Shown: piece by piece, positions 54,881 through 64,000 of the stretch
How positions within the stretch are numbered: position 1 is the first letter of the stretch
How the letters are laid out: every line of letters begins with the position of its first letter
Origin: Octopus sinensis
Taxonomy: Eukaryota
Length of the DNA stretch: 64,000 nt
NCBI RefSeq assembly: GCF_006345805.1
Contig: NC_043005.1
Location: 15,004,001-15,068,000 of the forward strand
Direction: 5' to 3'
The notes under the pieces: model-generated
Seen by the model: only the letters and a program-made list of their open reading frames with translations
The model's database searches: none
What the model was told of the DNA's origin: nothing
Program-made: the position numbers and the translations under genes

Positions 54881-55324
54881 TAAATGTTACAAATTGTTAT
54901 TATTGGACATATGCAGAAATTGCTAGATATGTGGTTGCTGTTTGTGAGGTACATGTTTTTTGAACTAACAAAGTTGCAGTACTGAGTGAAGCAAAAACTA
55001 AGATTGGACACCTGGCATTTAAAATGCTGTCAGGTACTTCCAGTTCTCTACCAGTTGAGCAATATGATTGATGGCACACCAACCCTTGCATTCTATGGGA
55101 AGAATGACTATGCTTTGGGAGAGACTCTGGGCATTAAAAAAGATCACCTGAATAATCTTTTCATGAGAACTTTCAGCCTCGTAACTAAGGACAATATTGA
55201 TAACTATTTGGGAATATTGCCAGTTCAGAGTAAACTCTATAATCAAAATAGTGCCATAGCCATGTTTGTCCAAGATGTGTGAAAGGTACTGAAGTCATCC
55301 AACACACTTGTTTAGTGTCTAAGA

Positions 55325-55708
55325 GGCGGAGGCGCAATGGCCCAGTGGTTAGGGCAGCGGACTCACGGTCGTAGGATCGCAGTTTCGATTCCCAGACCGG
55401 GCGTTGTGAGTGTTTATTGAGCGAAAACACCTAAAGCTCCACGAGGCTCCGGCAGGGATGGTGGTGATCCCTGCTGTACTCTTTCACCACAACTTTCTCT
55501 CACTCTTACTTCCTGTTTCTGTTGTACCTGTATTTCAAAGGGTCGGCCTTGTCACTCTCTGTGTCACGCTGAATATCCCTGAGAACTACGTTAAGGGTGC
55601 ACGTGTCTGTGGAGTGCTCAGCCACTTACATGTTAATTTCATGAGCAGGCTGTTCCGTTGATCGGATCAACCGGAACCCTCGTCGTTGTAACCGACGGAG
55701 TGCTTCCA
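55325..55708 (+). mobile_element. SINE family C, full length
   Basis: 13-bp TSD TTAGTGTCTAAGA (55312-55324, 55709-55721). Confidence 0.92.
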
Positions 55709-56889
55709 TTAGTGTCTAAGAATTGCTGACTAGTAGAGTTTTATTGAACAGCTGGTCGATTTTACAAAGGGCTGGAAGTGTTATCATTAGAGAGCAGGCA
55801 ATATTACAATTTTTATATACAATCAGTGATGTTGCCATTTTTATATACAGCTGGTGATACTAGCATATTTATATATTGGCAAACAGAGTAAGGTGATAGA
55901 CATTGCTGTAATTAGTTAAATCTACATTCTGAGTTCAAATCCTGTTGCAGCTAATTTTGTGTTATTCTAGGGTCGGTCTAATAATTACTAATCAGATACT
56001 AAGGTCAATATAATCGATTACATCTCTTCCTCCACAGACACAGCATTGCACTTGTGACATAAATACTTATTATTATTATTTTTAACTAAATTCATTATGA
56101 TATTTGCTCTGTCACCTTCCTTTGGCAAGGAGATGTAAACAATGTTTGCTTTCTTGTGACTATGACAACAAAAGTTGTGTGGAGGACAACAAGATTGAGA
56201 AAACTTAGAATAGGGAATTTGTACTTTATCCAAACCTTCACCGCTTCTGTAAGTATCCTGGAACTGATGATAAGGGTAAAGCGGGAGTATTACCTTCTGG
56301 TGAAAGGTGAACAAGAGTGGTACATAATGCCTAAGTAAATTACCCTACTCTCAGCACGTAACTGTAAGCTGAAGATCACAACTAGGAGAGGGCACTTGTT
56401 GGTAAGCAGGATAATTCTTCATCTATGAGGTTTCCTGACTGACCGTAAGTGGCTGTTACGCTCCTGGGACAATTTCATTTCCTTATGTCTTCTTTATTTC
56501 TGTTTTCCATTTTTCATATTTGCAATCTCTCCTTGTAATATTTCCTCATCTGTTGTTCTTGTGGCAAAACAAAGACATCCTCAGTTTGATTATTATGAGA
56601 GCTGTTAGACTGGCAGATAGGCAGAATCATTAGAGCATTGGACAAAATGTCTTGCAGCCTTTGTTCTGGCGCTTTATGTTCTGAGTTCAAATCCTACCAA
56701 GGTCAACTGTAACTTTTACCCTTTATTTTGATAAAATAAAATACCAGTCAGTTACTGGGACCCTTTCAAGGTAATAATTACCAGTCAAAATGAAAGGGTC
56801 AGTTAATCAATTATACATGTCCCCAATGTTTGACAATAATTCAGTGTTAGAAACAGTAACAGCAAGAGGATAAAAATAACGGTTAAAAA

Positions 56890-57660
56890 TCATCATCACC
56901 ACCACCACCACCACTGCCACAATCCTTGTCTTCACAACTATCATCCATCTGTCATTGTCATCCTCATTCTCATAACGGCCACTACCACTATTGTAATATC
57001 ATCATCATCAACATCATCATCATTAAAACCAGTATCGTCATCTTTGTCGTATTCATTATCATCACACCCATCATTACTATCACTATCATCATTACCACTG
57101 TTGTCATTTATTATCAATGTTCTTTTAATCTCTAATCCATGTTTGCAAAGATTAAACACATCTGCTCAGGAAGAACTTTAACCATGACAACTGTAACAGG
57201 CGTGGTAGCTTTGCACAACTTCTTTCTCATTCTCTCTTTTAACCATCACTATCACTGCAATCTTTGACAACCTCATCTCCAACATCAGCAGCATCAATAT
57301 CATAATGAATATCAACATCGTCATCATTATCATCATTGTCGTCCCATCATCACTCATGTCATCATCATCATTATAATCAGTTATCATTATCATCAGCTTC
57401 ATCATCATAATAATGATTGTCATGATTATCATCATTATCATATTGATAATAATCACTGTCCAATTATTATCATAATTATTATCATAATAATAATCACAGT
57501 TACTATTATCATCATCACTACTATTGCCATCCTGATAACTATTGTTGATATAATTGCAGTTATTGTCATCTTTGTCGTCATTCACCATCACTGCTGTCAT
57601 CATCATCATCATCAATTTTATCATTCTCATTACCATTTTGATCCATTTTCATCATCATCC
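56890..57660. repeat. Degenerate (CAT/ATT)n low-complexity tract
   Basis: Directly visible; source of the M/D/I-rich ORFs. Confidence 0.9.
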
Positions 57661-57730
57661 TCAATTTAATGAGTGTCAAACTAACACCAGTATACACAAA
57701 CTATATGAAGTAGATACCGTCTTTTTTTCT

Positions 57731-58236
57731 CAATCAAAACAAATCAAAATAGATGAACATCAATGGAATTTGTATCTTTCTGGTACCAGTGCCGGTGGCA
57801 CACAAGAAAATCATCCGAACGTGGCCGTAGCCAGTACCGCATAGACTGGCCTCCGTGCTTTGGGGACGTAACAAACACCATCCAATCGTGGCCGTCCGCC
57901 AGCCTCATCTGGCACCTGTGTCGGTGGCACATAAAAACACCATCCGAGCGTGGCCGTCTGCCAGCCTCGTCTGGCACCTGTGTCGGTGGCACATAAAAAC
58001 ACCATCCGAGCGTGGCCGTTCGCCAGCCTCGTCTGGCACCTGTGTCGGTGGCACATAAAATCACCCACTACACTCTCGGAGTGGTTGGCGTTAGGAAGGG
58101 CATCCAGCTGTAGAAACACTGCCAGATCTGACTGGCCTGGTGCAGCCTTCGGGCTCCCCAGACCCCAGTTGAACCGTCCAACCCATGCTAGCATGGAAAA
58201 CGGACGCTAAATGATGATGATGATGATGATGATGAT
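57731..58236 (+). mobile_element. Orphan RTE 3'-tail copy with an expanded internal repeat array
   Basis: Five GTG(C/T)CGGTGGCAC-like units followed by the conserved GGCGTTAGGAAGGGCATCC...(GAT)n end. Confidence 0.9.
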
Positions 58237-58462
58237 AACTGCATGAGTTAAACCCTACTGATAACTTCAAAAAGTTCTAAACTTTACAGTCACTTCATGC
58301 AAGTACTATACTGCTAAAAGCTCAATATGAAAATTAATTTCATCATGCAGCAAATCTATGCCATTGTTGGTGTTGTTTAGCTCTCAATCAATTCTGACTG
58401 AACAAATCTATCATTAAAAGTATAAATAGAGATTGATAAATAATATCTGACTAATTAGTACT

Positions 58463-58771
58463 TTACATTATTTACATTATTTGCATTTGATGGATATTTG
58501 TCCTCATCTTGTTTGTTGTTAACACAACATTTCAGCTGATATGCCCTCCAGCCTTCATCATGTGTCTTGGGGAAATTTCGAACCTGGGTTCTCATTCCTG
58601 AGGTATTTTTCGATGTTATTATCATTATAATTACTATTCTTCAGGTCACTGCTTGGAATCAAACTCAGAATCTTGGGGTTAGTAGTCCGTGCTCTTAACC
58701 ACTACGCCCATGGGCATATGGTGTAGTGATTAAGAGCGCAGGCTACTAACCCCAAGATTCTGAGTTTGATT
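58463..58771 (-). mobile_element. tRNA-headed SINE-like element with a decayed minimal hammerhead and an inverted duplicate head
   Basis: Head with A box (GGCGTAGTGG) and B-box-like GAGTTTGATTCC; HHR-like motif at 58521-58566; (TAAATAATG)-type tail; 58657-58708 and 58720-58771 are inverted copies. Confidence 0.7.
58521..58566 (-). ncRNA. Decayed minimal type I hammerhead
   Basis: GACAC / ATGATGA-A / GGCTG-10 nt-CAGCT / GAAA-TGT-T / GTGTT. It is three substitutions from a canonical minimal HHR, two of them CpG transitions. Confidence 0.6.
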
Positions 58772-58964
58772 ACATTTTTCTTGCAGATATCATGATCACA
58801 TGAATGCTGAAAGGTCTGCAGATGTCATGGACTCTGACTCTTCTTGATGACAAAAGTATTAAAACAAAGTATATTTAAGAATGTATTTCTGTCTTAGATC
58901 TACAATAATTATGTTAGCTCCCTTCAGAGAGAATAAGGAAATGAATGATTGATATTTCAAACTA

Positions 58965-60005
58965 TGAGTGTTGGCTGGAAAGTTCATAGGCTGACCAAAA
59001 TACCTTCATGGGATGTGTCCAAATGAGGTTTGTTTTTCAATATAGTCCCCCTTGTGGTGCACACACTTCTTCCATTGGTGTTGCACTGCTTGGAATGCAA
59101 TGGTGAAGGAGCTTTCCTCCTCCTGATCAAAAAAAGTCATCAACAGCAAACATGATGTCATCATCATTGTGATTCTGGTTCCCAGCCAAGTGTTTTTTCA
59201 TGTTGGGAAAGAAAAGATAGTCAGATGGGGTAGAATCAGAAGAATAGGGAGGCTGATCAACCAGTTCAAAGCCACAGTCACACACAGCAGCCATTGAAAC
59301 CAAGGACTTGTGTGCAGGAGCATTGTCCTTTTGAAGCAAGACCCCTTTCATCAGTTTTCTGGGTGTTTGGTCTTGATAGCCTTTCATAACTGCTTCAGAA
59401 AGCTGGCATAGTACTTTCCATTGATGGTGTGGCCCTTTTGAAGATAGTCAATAAATACAATGTCTTCTGCATCCTCAAAAATTGTGGCCGTCACCTTTCC
59501 TGCAAATGAAATTATCTTGGCCTTCTTTGGAGCAGGTGAGGAGGGATGTTTCCACAGCATGTATGTCTTTGTCTTTGGCTCGAAGTGATTAACTGAATGC
59601 TCATCCTGAATTAGGGAACATTCAAGCAAACCAGCGGGATATGCCTCAAAACAATGTCAAATTTTCCCATGATTTTATCAGCCTGGTGTACTTTTGATCA
59701 GGTGTCAGAAGACATGACAGCCACTGAGCAGAAACCTTCATCATGTGCAGAATATTCTCAACTCTCTCATGGGATATGCTAATGACATTGGCTATTTGAT
59801 TTATAGCCAATCACCTGTCATCCATCACCATGTGGTGAACACAATGTTTTCCTCAGTGGTGACAGTTGCAGAATGTCCAAGCCTTAGGTCATCTAAAAGA
59901 CTCTCCCTTCCCCTCCTAAATTCAACTGGCCACTTTTACACTGCTGATAAAGCTGGAGTGTCGTCCCCTACTGTAGCAACCATGTCAGCACAAATATTGC
60001 TGGAG
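58965..60005 (-). mobile_element. Decayed mariner (irritans-like), 5'-truncated
   Basis: WKHPSSPAPKK, AGKVTATIF, LQKDNAPAH...QPPYSSDSTPSD; TIR-like TA-TGAGTGTTGGCTGGAAAGT. Confidence 0.85.
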
Positions 60006-60011
60006 GTTTAA

Positions 60012-60195
60012 CCCTTTAGCATTCAGATTATTCTGTAAAATGTAAAGCTTATGTATTCACACCATGTAAAATTAATCTTGCATCATTTCATGGCTTTGAG
60101 ATTTCCATGATGTGATTGTTTATTTTTAAAATGACACAATAAGGTAGCTATGAATGACTATATCTGACTAGTTTGAACATAAAATAGGTAGAATA
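60012..60195. mobile_element. TTAA MITE family 1, partial
   Basis: TTAA-CCCTTTAGCATTCAGATTATTCT start; colinear with 35423-35641. Confidence 0.65.
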
Positions 60196-60199
60196 TGTG

Positions 60200-60460
60200 T
60201 CTCCATCTTTCCTTTAACTTGAAAATACCCTCTTCCCAGAATTGAGGTGGTTTCATGGCAAAGAATTCATCAAGGTATCTTTTTACGTCATCCAAGGAAT
60301 TGAAATTTTTACCATTAAGACTATTCTGCAGAGACCTGAATAAGTGGAAATCCGAAGGAGCAATATCTGGTGAATATGGAGGGTAGGGTAACACATCCCA
60401 GCCAAGCTGCAGCAATTTTTGTCTGGTTCCCAAAGCATTAAGTGCCAAAAATGAACTTTC
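60200..60460 (-). mobile_element. Mariner transposase C-terminal fragment
   Basis: QKLLQLGWDVLPYPPYSPDIAPSDFHLFRSLQN. Confidence 0.9.
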
Positions 60461-61313
60461 TTATCTTCCATTTTAAAGAGTTACAGAATTAACACAAGTT
60501 ATAGGAACATAAACCTTCTTCCACAAAAAGATATCTTAAACTGTGCTGTAAATGGAGGTGTAGTCAAATCCTATTTTATGGACTCAACCATGTTCTAAAA
60601 TAAGTCGAAAGGTAAGCTACTATAAATCGGCACAAACTTTCTGGACAACCCAATAATTATCATTGTCGTTGTCCTCGTCATTACTCCTGTCATAGTAGTC
60701 ATTGTTACGATCACCACCATCATCATTATCATCTCTCTTATCGGCACCCTCACCGTCGCTACCACTGCTGCCACCACCACCATCATCACCATCAACACCA
60801 CCATCATCACCAATGTTTTAACAGGCAAAGTTGTTGTTCCAGTTGTTTAGCCTTAGACAAGCCCTGAACAATCAGACCTGTGATAAAAGACATTCCACCC
60901 ATGACCTACCACTTCAATAATACTTTACATCAGACTACATTATCCAAAGTATCTTTCCTTCCTAATATGGCTGCGTATGTTTGGAAGAAGATCTGACTTC
61001 TATTTCTATCAGACTGAGAGGCCACATAGACTTCCCTATTGACCTGTAACATCCAATTTTTTTTTTTTTTCTTGCTGGTATGTAATGGATGGGTCTGCAT
61101 CTTGGCAAAATGACATATATCAAGTTTTATTCCTCATTTTGCTTATAATGCCCAGTATCTCAAGATCTGATCTCACCATTTGCTTCCAGCACAGAGAAAA
61201 GAAAGAACATCATAAATTCCCATTTTTCTTACTTCTAAAATATGTGGTTTCTGTGTGAAATCAAGAAAAACTAGTATTTTGTTGGGTTTTAACCCCAGGA
61301 CTGTTTTGTTTAA

Positions 61314-61533
61314 CCCTTTCATTACCATCCTGGTTAAAACTGTCTTTGGCTCTGAGTACAAATGTCTTGGTTTCATAAATTTTGAATTAAAATCTTCCAT
61401 CAAACCTTAGTCACAATTTATGTTCCTAGCACTAGCTTAATGATAACCAAGTTATTTTACTAAATTCTTTGTTATATTTAAAGTAATTGAAAGAAACACA
61501 TAGCATCTCAAAATAAATACAGTAATGAAAGGG
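61314..61533 (+). mobile_element. piggyBac-like TTAA MITE (family 2)
   Basis: TTAA-CCCTTTCATTA...TAATGAAAGGG-TTAA, 220 bp. Confidence 0.88.
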
Positions 61534-62774
61534 TTAAAAGCATTCCAGCCATAACCATCTCATCTTTATCCAACATTTTCTTTTCCTTTCTCATGACAGC
61601 AGGGCATTGAGAGAGTTTTGACTGCTACCTCTAGAAGGTCAACCAATTGCATAGCTGCGCAATATGTAAATAGCAGTAGTGAAATATAAGAGTTTCTAGA
61701 ACAATCAGTTGTGTGAACCAAGTTTTCTCTTTTGATCTGAAGCCATTTCACCTAATCTATGTTTCTAATTTGTTGGTTGAAACTGTTGACACACCACACA
61801 TAAAATACCCTCTTTAGGTACTGGTACCACAGAACTAAGGATGTTGTTGTTTAGTGCCATATCAGACCTTGTTTGGTCATTGATCATAGTAGTGTCACTA
61901 ATCGCAGGTCAGCTCTGATTGCATAGACCTTTGACCTGTATATAATCTGTATATATAAGATTAAGTTGATAATATTTAATACAGTAGGGTGTAATTCGAG
62001 GGTGATTTGGCTGCTATCTCAAGCAGGATTAGAGAATGTGTACAGGCTCCTTCAGGTGAGAATTAATAGACAAAAATGTGAGTGTACTGTATTCAAATCC
62101 ACTAATTCATGATAGTACTACTATCACAGGGTGTGTCAGTTTTTTTGGGTCATTTGTATTAACTTCCAAAAAATCCATACCTCATTAAATAAAAACTATA
62201 TATGAAAACAAATTAGGGCAAATAATCTCAAGAATCCTTCTATTACACCTCTTCAATGAATCCACTATTAGCATCAGTGGCTGCTTCAATACTGGGCTAG
62301 AAGTGTCGACATGCCTGAATGAGATGATCTTTATCAATTTGGAACACAGTGCTGATTAAGGTAGACTTCAGAGATTGTAAGGTGCTATGGGGATATTTCT
62401 TGACTATGCATCATATGTAATAGTCTAGTGGACTGAGTTCTGGTGAGAATATGATAATGGAGATTGGTATGCATCCATTCTTGGGTATTTCTTAGCCTTA
62501 TTAGATGATGCAAAGTCTAGTTGGAAGACATACAATCTTCTGTCGAATATTCTGTCCATCCAAGCTCTCACAACTTTCTCCAACACCTCTATGTACTCCA
62601 GGTAGACTGTGGTATTGACTCTTAAGCCCTGTTAAAAAAAATGAAGAGGCATGACATCTCCCTTGTTGTTGATGACTTCCATAACCATCATTGTTTTTGA
62701 GAACTTAATATGCATAACCTCATTTGGGTCTCTGTATAAGTATCTGTCATTCCTTTTGTTTATTTTTTGGTCCT

Positions 62775-63158
62775 TGGTATCACAGCTGCAATTTCTATTG
62801 AAATCGAAATCGATCAACATCAATGGAAATTGCAGCTGTGATACCAGTGCCTGTGGTACGTAAGAGAACCATCCGAATGTGGCCGTTGCCAGCCTTGCCT
62901 GGCCTCCGTGCTGGTGGCACGTAAAAAGCACCATCCAACCGTGGCCGTTTGCCAGCCCCGTCTGGCACCTGTGCCGGTGGCATGTAAAAAGCACCAACTA
63001 CACTCACGGAGTGGTTGGCGTTAGGAAGGGCACCCAGCCATAGAAACATTGCCAGATCAGACTGGGCCTGGTGCAGCCTTCTGGCTTCCCAGACCCCAGT
63101 TGAACCATCCAACCCATGCTTGTATGGAAAGCAGACGCTATACGATGATGATGATGAT
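62775..63158 (+). mobile_element. Orphan RTE 3'-tail copy nested in maT, with a 27-bp 5' inversion
   Basis: 62775-62801 is the reverse complement of 62820-62846 (one mismatch); (GAT)n tail. Confidence 0.88.
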
Positions 63159-63222
63159 CAAAGTTCTTCTCATCAAAGAAAAACCAAAGCATTCCAGCTT
63201 CTTGGTGCTTTAACTTGTTTAA

Positions 63223-63443
63223 CCCTTTCATTTCTGCATTTATTTTGAGATGCTCTGTGTTTCTTTCAATTAATTTTAAATATAACAAAGAATTTAGTAA
63301 AATAACTTAATTATCATTCAGCTAGTGTTACGAACATAAATTGTGACTAAGGTTTGGTGAAAGATTTTAATTCAAAACTTATGAAAACAAGACATTTGTA
63401 CTCAGAGCCAGAGCAGGTTTCAGCCGGGTTGGTAACAAAAGGG
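63223..63443 (-). mobile_element. TTAA MITE family 2, inverted relative to 61314-61533 and nested in maT
   Basis: TTAA-CCCTTT...AAAGGG-TTAA, 221 bp, colinear with the reverse complement of the 61.3-kb copy. Confidence 0.88.
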
Positions 63444-64000
63444 TTAACAAGCACTTGGCACAGATTGAATGATTCTCTCTTGTCTCAACTGACCTCTTTG
63501 CATGACATACGACTTGTACTGGGTATCTTTATGCTCAACTCTTCTGATGGTGTATTCTGACAACCTGAGGTTCTTTGCAATGGCTCCGATTGACTTTCTG
63601 GGGCTTTTATCAGTTATTTCTTGGACATTTTGTACAAAGTTATGTATTCTGATCCAGTGTATGTGTTTCGTGTTATTAGGATCCTGTGCATGTGTTTTGT
63701 GTTTAACTGTTGATGTTGGATCCCAATCAGCAGCTTCCAGCTCCTTTTGAACTTTGACAATGAAGGGTTGGGCAACTTTTGGGAAGGGAGTTATCTCTGT
63801 ATCACTATGTTGTGCTCTGAAGGCAATGATTATAGTGTACCATTTTATTTGCTGAGCCAACCTAATGTCTGAAATTATTTATCTGAAAAGTAAAGTAAAA
63901 GAAATAAGTTAGAATGAAGTCAGAGCTCTTGAAAGAGATGTCTTCAAAAAACTGATGCACTCTGTACTGATGATGATTTCTGGAGGAAGAGAATGGCTGT

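Larger units (their letters stand above)
62127..63964 (-). mobile_element. maT/DD37D-type Tc1/mariner element, both TIRs present, with two nested insertions
   Basis: TIRs CAGGGTGTGTCAGTTTTTT and (reverse complement) CAGAGTGCATCAGTTTTTT with TA at right; FFDEKNFD...DQKINKRND...VMPLHFF...SPELSPLDYY. Subfamily assigned by overall resemblance; the spacing was not countable because of frameshifts. Confidence 0.8.

Noticed and set aside
56264-56310. CTGATGA...stem...GAAA hammerhead-like spacing
   Set aside because: There are extra unpaired bases on both sides of stem II and no stem I, stem III or NUH site.
57783-58060. CRISPR-like repeat/spacer appearance of GTGTCGGTGGCAC units (also 42563, 48489, 62845)
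   Set aside because: The intervening sequences are homologous to one another, the array is part of an RTE 3' UTR, the context is eukaryotic and there are no cas genes.

Overview
AT-rich, microsatellite-dense eukaryotic DNA with no host protein-coding gene that I can support. The SINE families and repeat landscape resemble an octopod cephalopod (Octopus) genome; this is an inference from pattern recognition, not a database result. The window is almost entirely transposon debris. Retroelements: a near-intact RTE LINE (39.6-43.0 kb) plus three orphan copies of its 3' tail, an RT-less Tx1/L1 derivative, two Dong/R4-type RLE LINE remnants, three Neptune-type Penelope-like (PLE) GIY-YIG fragments and more than 15 tRNA-derived SINEs. 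DNA elements: hAT, Tc1, mariner and maT remnants, TTAA MITEs and a Helitron-like element. The unifying observation is a hammerhead-ribozyme (HHR)/PLE system sitting in or next to microsatellites. It comprises two HHRs with intact catalytic cores (10646-10734 +, 24718-24810 -), a three-copy minimal HHR family with an unusual CUGU-N-GA core, and a tRNA-headed (SINE-like) element carrying a decayed minimal HHR and a fold-back head (58463-58771). Short inverted duplications recur at element ends. Most ORFs in the supplied track are translations of simple repeats. All alignments and folds were done by eye, so boundaries are approximate unless a TSD or TIR is quoted.
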